The position numbers were made by a program, and so were the translations under genes. A DNA stretch of 63,922 nt, filler included, from Aduncisulcus paluster (taxonomy: Eukaryota): NCBI GenBank assembly GCA_024181965.1. It is 12 parts of 12 records of this genome, joined end to end, with 100 filler letters (N's around TTAATTAATTAA, not from the genome) between each part and the next. Parts side by side here need not be neighbours in the genome. Positions count along the whole stretch, not along the records: positions 1 to 3,931 come from BQXS01010026.1; positions 4,032 to 9,894 come from BQXS01010027.1; 10 more parts are not named here. One strand, given 5' to 3'. The notes under the pieces are model-generated. The model was not told the origin of the DNA, made no database searches, and saw only the letters and a list, made by a program, of their open reading frames with translations. Of the stretch, positions 1 to 9,577 are shown piece after piece. Each line of letters opens with the position of its first letter. The stretch's first letter is position 1.

Positions 1-655
1 AAAGGAAGAGGAAGAACGTTTGAAGAAAGAAGAGGAAGAACGTTTGAAGAAAGAAGAAGAAGAACGCTTGAAGAAAGAAGAGGAAGAACGCAAGAGAAAG
101 GAAGAGGAAGAACGCAAGAGAAAGGAAGAGGAAGAACGTTTGAAGAAAGAAGAAGAAGAACGCTTGAAGAAAGAAGAAGAAGAACGCTTGAAGAAAGAAG
201 AGGAAGAACGCAAGAGAAAGGAAGAAGAAGAAGAACGCTTGAAGAAAGAAGAGGAAGAACGTTTGAAGAAAGAAGAAGAAGAACGCTTGAAGAAAGAAGA
301 AGAAGAACGCTTGAAGAAAGAAGAGGAAGAACGCAAGAGAAAGGAAGAAGAAGAAGAACGCTTGAAGAAAGAAGAAGAAGAGGAGAAAGAAGAAGAGGAG
401 AAAGAAGAAGAGGAGGAGGAAAAGCAGGAGGAAGCTGAAAAGGAGATAGAGGAAGTTAAACAAGAAGAAGAGGAGGAGAAAGCAGAGGAGGAGAAAGAAG
501 AAGAGGAGGAGGATGACAAACCCCAAACCTCTAAACCTCAAGTTTCTAAACCAAAAGCCCAAGGAGGAAACCAAGGGGGGAAAGGTAAAGGTAAAGGTAA
601 AGGAAAAGGAAAAGGAAAAGGAAAAGGAAAAGGAAAAGGAAAAGGAAGAAAGTGA
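1..655 (+). CDS. C-terminal part of a low-complexity charged protein (KKEEEERL repeats, single-alpha-helix-like) ending in a (GK)n tail; 5' truncated by window edge
   Basis: Open frame from the window start to TGA at 653-655. Tandem LKKEEEER/KRKEEEER units with synonymous variation, then GKGKGKGK...GRK. Confidence 0.75.
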   Translation, partial: KEEEERLKKEEEERLKKEEEERLKKEEEERKRKEEEERKRKEEEERLKKEEEERLKKEEEERLKKEEEERKRKEEEEERLKKEEEERLKKEEEERLKKEEEERLKKEEEERKRKEEEEERLKKEEEEEKEEEEKEEEEEEKQEEAEKEIEEVKQEEEEEKAEEEKEEEEEDDKPQTSKPQVSKPKAQGGNQGGKGKGKGKGKGKGKGKGKGKGKGRK

Positions 656-880
656 CTCACTTGGTAGTACTCAGAGTACTACTCATTTTAGATGATAATA
701 AAACAAATTTTATTCTTAAAATTGTTCAATTCGAATGGATATCCAATTTTTGTCAAAAAAAAAAAGATGAATAGGGCGTGAATTAGCCTAATTTCTTTCA
801 ATTTGCCTAGTTTATTTCTGGATTCGAAAACAGAAATCGTCTTTTTTGACGCAGTCTTAGAAAAGGGAAGAATTTACTTG

Positions 881-2038
881 ATGAAAAGTAATAAGTTGGT
901 TTTAGTATCCATTGGTTTACTTATTTTTGGAGCTGCTAACACCCTTGTGACCAATGTAGCCTTTTCAATGGATTCCGTCGGAAGAAATGGTGTGGTGAAG
1001 TCAATGAGCACAAAATGTTTTGCCTTTTGGACTTTGGTGATGTTTGTTGGAATGAGTCTTAGCATTTTTCTATTCATTCATGAGAGGAAGACAAAAAAAC
1101 AATCGAAAGAACATATTGCACTTCTATCATCAGAATCGACCGAATCACAAACTAATGATGGCATAGAATTGTATAAAATTGCTCCTTGGTGGAGCATTAT
1201 TCCCTCTGCAGTGTTTAATCTCGTTGGGTCGTGTCTCATTAATGTTGGATTCGCTATTGGTATTTCTCCATCCATTTTCCAGTTTCTTGGAGGTTCTGTC
1301 ATCATATTTTCAGCTCTTATTTCCATTATCTTCATGAAGAAATCCCTCAAAGGATATCAATGGTATGGGATCGGCATTTGTTTTGTTGGCTTGATTTTGG
1401 TTGCTCTTTCTGGAGCTTTATCGTCTGACTCTGATGGAGATGATAATTCTATATCTCTCCAACAACAGATTCTTGGCATGTCTTTGGTTGTACTTGGTCA
1501 AATCGCCTATGCCTCACAATTCGCCTGTGAAGAGTATATCATGGCCAAATTGCACGCTTCTCCCAACCAAATTGTTGCCTTTGAAGGTATTTATGGAGTT
1601 ATTCTCACTCTTTTCATTCTTGTCCCTCTATTTTACCTTATTCCTGGAGATGACAATGGCCATGCCGAAGACTTCTTTGAAACATTCATTATGATTAAAA
1701 ATAACTGGTATATCCTATTGCCGACCTTTGGATTTGTGTTTTCTATTGCATTGTATAATCTCTGTGGTCAGAATGTGACATCTTTGACCACGTGTGTCCA
1801 TCGAACTCTTTTAGAGGCTTTGAGAAGTGTTGTTGTATGGGTTGTGAGTGTTATTGAAGGATATACAATCCATTCCTTGGCGGTTGGAGAGACATTGTCT
1901 TGGTGGTCCATATTAGAAGCCCTTGGATTCTTGGTTCTCACCTATGGCACACTCATTTACAATGTTATTGTGAAACACGACAAATTGTTTGATTATTCGA
2001 ATGATAGCCCTGTTCCTGATGTCATTCAAGAGGAATAA
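881..2038 (+). CDS. SLC35F6-like / EamA-DMT nucleotide-sugar transporter family membrane protein
   Basis: About 10 hydrophobic segments. Motifs SIFQFLGGSVIIFSALIS, QFACEEYIM, VAFEGIYG and HRTLLEALRSVVVW are typical of SLC35F6. First ATG at 881. Confidence 0.82.
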   Translation: MKSNKLVLVSIGLLIFGAANTLVTNVAFSMDSVGRNGVVKSMSTKCFAFWTLVMFVGMSLSIFLFIHERKTKKQSKEHIALLSSESTESQTNDGIELYKIAPWWSIIPSAVFNLVGSCLINVGFAIGISPSIFQFLGGSVIIFSALISIIFMKKSLKGYQWYGIGICFVGLILVALSGALSSDSDGDDNSISLQQQILGMSLVVLGQIAYASQFACEEYIMAKLHASPNQIVAFEGIYGVILTLFILVPLFYLIPGDDNGHAEDFFETFIMIKNNWYILLPTFGFVFSIALYNLCGQNVTSLTTCVHRTLLEALRSVVVWVVSVIEGYTIHSLAVGETLSWWSILEALGFLVLTYGTLIYNVIVKHDKLFDYSNDSPVPDVIQEE

Positions 2039-2475
2039 TTTATTTTTTTATACATGATTTTGTCCGTTTTGATTTCATCGATTAATCAAAATGTCTAAAA
2101 TTAAATCTATTATGATAATAGAATAGCATTTTTGGATTTATATCGCACATTTCCAAAAATCCTTTCATATATATATTTATTACAACACTGTTGCATCCGA
2201 TGCCAGAGTCTGGTACTACCAGTCTGGTAGACGACAGATGACAATATAAGGTATTGTACAGATTTTCAGCGCAATTATGATTTTTCTTTTTAATTTAATT
2301 TAATTATGGTTTGTTGGTGTCTAACCAAATTATTAATTTCACCACTTTCTTGCCAAGATCAGTTTCAAGATATTCTCATATTCTACTGTTTAAGGCAGGA
2401 ACATTAGGAAAGACAAATGATGTCATCGTATCCAATGATAATATTGCATAATATTACTAGTAGTATGGTGAAGTT

Positions 2476-3003
2476 TCACCACAATAAACAGCATTTCCTG
2501 TGCAAGAATTTTTTCCAGTTTCCATCAACACACGCATCAGCAATGATAGCGAACATTTCATCGACTCCTTCTCCAGTTATGGGATTAACTTCAAAGTATA
2601 AAATGCGTTTTTTATAGGAAAATTTCTCGGCAGGTTGAAAACGATTCTCAGAATCAAAATAATGGCAATCCGATTTGGTTCCAACGATAACTATCTTCTT
2701 ATCCTTCTTTGTTTTGTCACTTTTGACCATTTCATACAAATCTTTTGCAGCGAGAAACGATTCGTGATCAGAAATATCAAACGAAATCATGACAACATTT
2801 GCTCTCTGAAAAGTTAAGTGTAAAACTCCATAAAATACTTTTTGTGATGCTGTATCCCAAATTGAAAACTTGGCATTCCCATACGATGTTAAATATTCAC
2901 GGATTTTCGCTCCGTCCACAGAACCACCAGCAATATGCTGTAATAATGATTGTCTCCCTTCATATGACCCTCCCATGCATACTATTTTATATTCTCTATC
3001 CAT
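2476..3003 (-). CDS. Divergent Rab/Ras-superfamily small GTPase-like protein with C-terminal Cys-Cys prenylation-like motif
   Basis: YKIVCMG(G1-like)...IWDTASQ(G3)...FDISDHESF...IVIVGTKSD(G4)...YFEVNPITGEGV(G5)...KCCLLW. Confidence 0.8.
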   Translation of the reverse strand: MDREYKIVCMGGSYEGRQSLLQHIAGGSVDGAKIREYLTSYGNAKFSIWDTASQKVFYGVLHLTFQRANVVMISFDISDHESFLAAKDLYEMVKSDKTKKDKKIVIVGTKSDCHYFDSENRFQPAEKFSYKKRILYFEVNPITGEGVDEMFAIIADACVDGNWKKFLHRKCCLLW

Positions 3004-3840
3004 TTTACCCTTTTAGGATGTATCAAAAGAAAGAAAAAAAACTGGAATGACCGTTATTGTTTGAAACGTGACGTTTCAATTATTGAAATTCAATAATAAG
3101 TTATTTTGCCCCTTAACTTCTATTTTTCATTGCTCTTTGAATTTTATATTGATGTATGTATATTATTTATGTTAAGCGTGATTATTTATGTTTCGGTTTT
3201 TTATATAGCTCATTATTTCTTGCTTAACCATCCAAATTAATTTTCTCCTTATTATAAATGTGTTTTTCCCTTATCTTACGATGATAATGTTATAAACCGT
3301 ATTTTAATATCCTTTTTGTGTTATTTTTCTCTCTTTTTTATCTGATTTTGCCTCCTTTTGATCAAATTGTATTGGCAGTAGTCAGTTTTGCCGGTACCGG
3401 CAGTTGCCGGTACCTAAGATATCTTTAGCTACACCCATTACAGAAATAAAAACCCATAAATCTTTCATAATTTCAACAAATTTAATAGAAAATAGAAAAA
3501 ATAGTTGAAAATTCCCTTCGCGCAGGCGAGAACATTTTGCCGGTATTGTTCATATCGCCAATTTCGGTCAAAAATACCGTTAAAATGTTATCGCCTTGAA
3601 TATAGATTAAATTCATAATAAAACCTCTAAATTCTTTATAACTTTTGTATATTTATGGCTAAAACTTCATTAAAAATGAAAATAATAGGTCAAGAAGCCA
3701 GCAAAAACAAAACTTTCAAAAAAATACAAAAATAACCAATAAAAGCAGATTTTATTATAATAATTTTGTATATTAATCATATTTATATCCGAGAATAACG
3801 ATTATTAAAAAATATTATTGATTGGTGCGCAAGATAGATA

Positions 3841-3931
3841 ATGGATGAAGACAAACTAGCTAAACATCATGGAATCACAATTGAAAACGTTCCAGGAGAT
3901 GGATATTGCTTATATCATGCCTTTTTAAAGG
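3841..3931 (+). CDS. N-terminal fragment of an OTU-like cysteine protease (runs into contig end)
   Basis: Manual translation MDEDKLAKHHGITIENVPGDGYCLYHAFLK contains the OTU catalytic-Cys motif (V-x-G-D-G-x-C-L-[FY]-x-A). Confidence 0.6.
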
Positions 3932-4031
3932 NNNNNNNNNNNNNNNNNNNNNNNNNNNNNNNNNNNNNNNNNNNNTTAATTAATTAANNNNNNNNNNNNN
4001 NNNNNNNNNNNNNNNNNNNNNNNNNNNNNNN
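3932..4031. other. Artificial 100-bp contig-joining linker (N44-TTAATTAATTAA-N44). It recurs at 9895-9994, 15744-15843, 22203-22302, 30673-30772, 38368-38467, 42631-42730, 49030-49129, 53226-53325, 57286-57385 and 62183-62282
   Basis: Identical six-frame-stop spacer flanked by Ns, seen 11 times. ORFs are cut at the edges. Confidence 0.97.
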
Positions 4032-5270
4032 TCATTTCTTAGGGGTTTCGGAGGTTCCTCTATCTGAATTGAGGATATGGGATCATAGGGAATGCTGGGG
4101 AGAGATAGAGAGAGGATTCAATAATCTATCTCATTTTTCCTCAAATGTTACACGTAGCTGAGCTTCTCGTAATTTAAGATCTCTTTCGCTTCTCAATAAT
4201 TTTGCAATTTCTTGCAAATTATCATATAGCATTTTCATGTAAGTCAGAAAAAACCTTGATTAATGACTTAAATTCATGTAAAAATACAATCCCTGCAGAG
4301 ATAAAATGGTTTAAGTGATATTGAAGACCGTAATCAAGGAAAATTATCAAAGCGGCCGTCTTTTCCCACGATTTGCCGTAAAATATTGGATAAGGATTAG
4401 TGAATTTGTTATTTTCAATTGAAAATGACAGGCTAATAATGTTAATATCTATAATATGGGTCATTATACTTAATTCTAGATCTGTGTAATATCCACATGA
4501 GAGCAGATGGTCTATATATTTGTAAATTGATTTATGGTAAAGAATAATCGCATTTTTTTTTTTTTTCAACAAATACCTCTCTGAATCTCCTTTTCCTAAT
4601 TAATGCTTCTTGCCTATGTTTTGATGATGTCAAATGATCGATATGATATTCAGTTGCTAAATGATAACAACATAATTTTATATGTTTTTTTCTAAGACCA
4701 CTGAGCAATTCATATTTTGGGATGTCTACCCTCCACAAAGAACAGAATGGTTCCAACCATGAGATGTTATTGAGCTGATGCCCCAATATTGGGTCATATT
4801 TGCTGCTTTTGGGCATTGAATGTTGGAGAGTCAGAGATTCTTCGGTATATTCCTCAACTCTTTCGAGGAAATCTTCTATCGCTGCAATATCACCATTTAA
4901 GCCACCAATTGAAGGTCGAACTAATTCTGGATGGGGATAAAACTTCTCTAAATCGGTAAAATCGGGTCTTGGAGATGCAGACTTAACAATTTTAATTCAG
5001 CAAAAGAAATTTTTCCTAAGGACACCCATGTTATCAGCAGATTGAAAAGATGTGAGTTTTTCTCTCTTTGGTAAAATTTTCATTTCCACTTTTTGGGAAG
5101 AATTCAAAAAAAAAATAAGATGTTTTTTTTCAATATACTTTGCTTTAAGTTTTCAATATGAATTGTTTTTTTCAAGTTCTTTTGCTTCTTCTTGAGCCCT
5201 GATTTCCATTGCAAAGTCATGCTCGCCGTAATCTCCAAAATCATCCTCCAATCCATTATAGTTGTTCTAG
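4032..5270 (-). pseudogene. Decayed, frameshifted ORF with a zinc-finger-like segment and a possible OTU-like C-terminal half; probably TE-derived
   Basis: Overlapping short ORFs 4532-4816 (FCSLW...HLTSSKH) and 4222-4572 (GYYTDLELSIMTHIIDINI...YHLNHF) are joined at a poly-A run. Stops and frameshifts occur in the flanks. Confidence 0.35.
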
Positions 5271-5520
5271 ATGTTGAAAAAGTTTTTTAAAAAAAAATAG
5301 AATTATATTGCTTAATTGATGAAATAACGGGTTTATACCACTCCACAATAGGAAATCAACGGTGTTCCATGTGATAACTTCAAAATCTCAGTATAGTCTA
5401 ATCTCAATAAGGCCAATCTTATGAACAGTGCATCTAAAATAGTATTTTAATAAATTTGTTCACGTTCAATAATCTTTTGTTGGAAATTCCGTTTAATATT
5501 ATATACTACGGCACAAATCA

Positions 5521-5550
5521 TTTCCTGCCCTCTCCTCTCACCTCTTTTTC
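5521..5550 (-). promoter_or_regulatory. Candidate polypurine tract (PPT) preceding a possible 3' LTR that starts TGATTTG at 5520
   Basis: Minus strand reads GAAAAAGAGGTGAGAGGAGAGGGCAGGAAA|TGATTTGTGCC, about 600 bp downstream of the gypsy pol stop. Confidence 0.3.
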
Positions 5551-6138
5551 GAAAGAATAACCAGGATATGAGTAATGTGACTTAAAAAATATATATAACA
5601 TCTGATTTTTACATGAATTCCTTATTTAAGCACCCTTTTGTCTCACATCTCTAGTAAACACGTTATATTTTATATGTATACCAGTAAAATCTTTATAATT
5701 ATCTTCTTAATTTAAAATGGTTTGTCAGATCTAATTTCAACCTCGAAATTCCAACACAACAACCATTTCCCATTCCGAACCAGTTAGAACTATCTCGTCC
5801 ATCAAAATATGCCAATGAAATATTATAACTCTTTATGTGAAAGAAAACCATAATATTCTCGAAAATATATTCAGTTGACAAATTTCTCTAACTCCTTTGT
5901 TGATAGAGTTTTAGCTCTAAAAATCATACAAGCAGCAATAATAATCAATATCAATGGCAATTTCACAAATCATTGATATTTCTCGTCGCCAAGATTTCGA
6001 AATCAAAATATCGAAAATCTTATCTCCTTGAAACCTGATATTTTCTTCAATTTAAATCAATATTTATTAGATCCGAATCCTTAATTACATTATATTAAGG
6101 GCTTTACGATCTAAAGATTCCTTGAAAAGAATTTTGAC

Positions 6139-7601
6139 TCACTTGTCCTTCGACTCAGGAACCAAATCTCTTAATTCTGGGTGTTCACCAAGGTAATCTT
6201 CCATTGCTATGCTATCCCGTACTTCATCTATCGGTTCCCATGTGTTTTCCGATTCTTCATATCCAGACCAATGCACAAAAAACTCAAGATTCGTTTGGTC
6301 TTCACCTCTGTGATTCTCGATCGATTCAATAAAGTACTCTCCATCAGACAGGCCAGCCATTTTCTTCAACTGTTCAAAGGAATGGTTTCCCTTAACCTCT
6401 ATCAACCTTCTTAAGTGGACATTACTATTTTTCCCATCCAATATATTCTTTATCGTAACCATATTCTTTCCGAGATTCCCTACTACCTGAAAGGGTCCTC
6501 GGAGCCTGCTTGATAATTTGGATGTTTTCTTCTGTGGTTTCAGCCAGACAAATGCTTCTGGCTGAACCAAAGGAGAATCATTTGGATCCGATCCTATGAT
6601 CCTTTCCTTCTGCAAATCCACCAGTCTTTTCTTTAATGCATCAAGACGAGAGTATAACTCATTCAAATATTCCGTGCTGTGTCTCCGGGTGGTCTTATTT
6701 CCCAGTGAGCAAGTCTCAGAGACATCAGCTGGTGATTTTCTCGTCATTTTCCCAAATAAATCAAAGACTTCATCGGCCCTGCGACCAAAAACCATTTCGA
6801 ATGGGGTAACACCCAGAACGGAATGTTCTTGGTTGTTCATTAGAAACCGAATCAAGGGAAAACTCTCATCCCAATTCCGCGAATCCATTCCCTCTGCAAT
6901 CAAAGCTCTGAGAAACTTTAGAAGTTCTCTGTTGGAGCGTTCAACGATTCCGTTACTCTGGGGGTTATACACAGTGGTCTTACGATGTTTAACACCCAGC
7001 CATTTCAGTAAATGTTCCCACAGACTGTTCACAAACTGCTTGCCATTATCACTTTTGATTATCTCAGGGACACCAAAACGCAATATATATTCGTGATAAA
7101 GAATCTCCGCTGCTTCTTCGGCATTGGCTGTCTTCGTGGGGAATATTTCAATGTAACGAGTAAATGAATCAATAAAGCTCAGACCATATTTACAGCCCTT
7201 GTAGCTTTCAGGGAATGGCCCGATCGCATCTACAGCAATTGAAAAGAAGGGTTTATCAACAAAAGTGCATCCTTTTGTTTCTTTCCAATTTATCTTCAAT
7301 CTATCTCTCTGACAAACGAGACATTCCTGAACAAATTTCGAAATATCCCTTTTAATATTTGTCCATACGATTCTCCATCTTTTTAGTCGTCTTAGAGTTG
7401 CATTAACACCACAATGTCCACCAATAAGACTAGAGTGAGCGTGTTCAATACACTTCAATCTAAATTCCTTTTGTTCAGGGATATAAAGAAATCCCGAGGG
7501 CAAGACAACCAAACCTAATTCATCAATCGTATGTTTTTCCTCCTCAGGCAGGGGGTCGGCCGCTTGGAGCTTCTTTAATTCCACAAACAATTGATTGTCT
7601 G
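6139..7601 (-). CDS. Pol: integrase (HHCC-DDE-GPY/F) plus C-terminal chromodomain
   Basis: HAHSSLIGGHCG...CLVC, D-D-E residues, LRGPFQV, EYFIESIENHR...FFVHWSGYEESENTWEP. Confidence 0.93.
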
Positions 7602-7621
7602 NNNNNNNNNNNNNNNNNNNN

Positions 7622-9577
7622 TGCATTAACACCACAATGTCCACCAATAAGACTAGAGTGAGCGTGTTCAATACACTTCAATCTAAATTCCTTTTTTTCA
7701 GGGATATAAAGAAATCCCGAGGGCAAGACAACCAAACCTAATTCATCAATCGTATGTTTTTCCTCCTCAGGCAGGGGGTCGGCCGCTTGGAGCTTCTTTA
7801 ATTCCACAAACAATTGATTGTCTGTGTCGTATGTGAGCCGAATACGGACGCTATTAAGTCTCTTCGAGTCTATGCTTAGTCTTGACAAACAGTCAGCGGC
7901 GCCATTATTCACTCCACTCACGTGAACGATGGAAAATGAATAGTCCATCAAAAACATCATCCATCGCGTTATTTTGGCGTTATCGCCCCTTTCCAGGAAT
8001 GTGAGATTCCTGTGGTCAGTAAATAATACAAATCTTCTTCCTCTTAAGAAGTAATCCAATTTCTTTATGCAAAAAACTATCGCCCATCCCTCTTTTTCGT
8101 AAACTGACCATCTACGTTGCACTGCATTCAAAGCTTTGGATACAAATGCTATAGGCTTCATCTTAGCATCGCTGCTTAATTGGAGTAATGCTCCTCCAAT
8201 TCCGACATCACTCGCATCTGTAAATAGTCTTAGTTCACCTTCATCCAGAGGAAATGACAGGGTCGCTGCACTCGAGATCAATTCCTTGAGTCTTGAAAAA
8301 GATTCTTCGTGTTCCTTAGTCCAAATGAAATTAGTGTCTTTTTCCGTCAACTCATATAAATTGTGCGAGATCGAAGCACACTCGGGAATAAAATCTCTTA
8401 CGAAATTGATGAGACCAAGGAAACTTCGAACATCCTTTTTTGATGTTGGTTCTGGAATATTTTTGATCGCTTTTACCCTGTCCGGACATATTGTCCGACC
8501 TTCGGCACTAATTAGGAAACCCAGGAATTCTATTTGTCGCATTCCCAAACTACATTTTTCCCGATTAAGCGTCAACGAGAATCTATTTATCCTCTCCAGG
8601 ACTAGTTTTAACGATTCGACAAATGTATCAATGGTTCTTCCGAAGATTATTATATCATCGATGTACACAATACAGTGCTTGCCTATCAAGCCATCAAATA
8701 CATGTGTCATCACTTGCTGGAAGAAGGAGGGAGCGTTAACCAGACCAAAGGGCATGGTATTATATTGGAAAATCCCCTGAGGCGTCCGAAAAGCTGTAAG
8801 CATCGAGGCCGATTCGGTTAATGGGATCTGGTGAAATCCTTTTGCCAGATCCAAGGTCCCAAATATCTTTTGACCTTGCAATCCTTCCAGACAATCATCT
8901 AATCTCGGAAGTGGAAACTGTAATGGTACTGTGATTCCGTTTAGTATCCGGAAGTCGACACAGAGTCGTAATTTACCTCCCTTCTTTGGAACGATTACTA
9001 TTGGGCTGTGATATGGGCTGCTACTATGAGAAATTGTTCCACAGTCCAATAGTTCACGGATTTCTCTTTTTAAGAACTCTTGGTGAGCTCTCGGCACCCG
9101 CCTGTTGCTTCTTAAGGTGAATTGAGAACCTTCTACCAACTGAATGTCCATAGCAGGAACACTCATCCTCCTTTCGCTTTGCTGTTGCGAAATATCATCC
9201 AAGACTTCAGCAAGTTCACTCTCAAACTCCTGATTGATTTGGATACCGTTGTGGAGAGTCATTTGCTCCACTTTTTCAATTCTCTTAAAGTCAAGTTCTT
9301 CCAATTCCCATTCGACGTCTTGGACTGTCTTTGAGTGGTCCTCGGAGGAAACCTTCATGTGATTGAATAGATCCATCCTCAGGATCGAGGGAAAACCAAT
9401 CACCAATTCATGCTGAGATGTTCCTCTCATAGACATTACGTACGCCTCAAACGCAAAACAGAGTGCCTTATGATCTTGATACGGAGGGAGTTCAGCCTTC
9501 AGCTGAACTTTTTCTCTAAGATCTAAGACTGATCCGTCAGCAAGCTCCAGAGATAGTGGAGCGGTTGTCGATTTCAA
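7622..9577 (-). CDS. Pol: protease C-terminal part, reverse transcriptase and RNase H
   Basis: ORF 7544-9577 with SPIVIVPKKGGKLRLCVDFR, LDLAKGFHQI, YIDD, TDASDVGIG and EKEGWAI. Confidence 0.93.

Noticed and set aside
3976-3987. TTAATTAATTAA palindrome repeated 11 times as a biological repeat or CRISPR-like array
   Set aside because: It is always embedded in N runs forming identical 100-bp blocks, so it is a synthetic contig linker.
3841-4572. Joining the OTU Cys-motif fragment and the OTU His-like fragment into one gene
   Set aside because: They are on opposite strands and separated by an artificial linker (different contigs).
8136-8780. Long antisense or overlapping ORFs (e.g. 8136-8780, 6596-7096, 29895-30536, 51211-51699)
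   Set aside because: These are shadow frames of well-supported genes on the opposite strand and have no motifs of their own.
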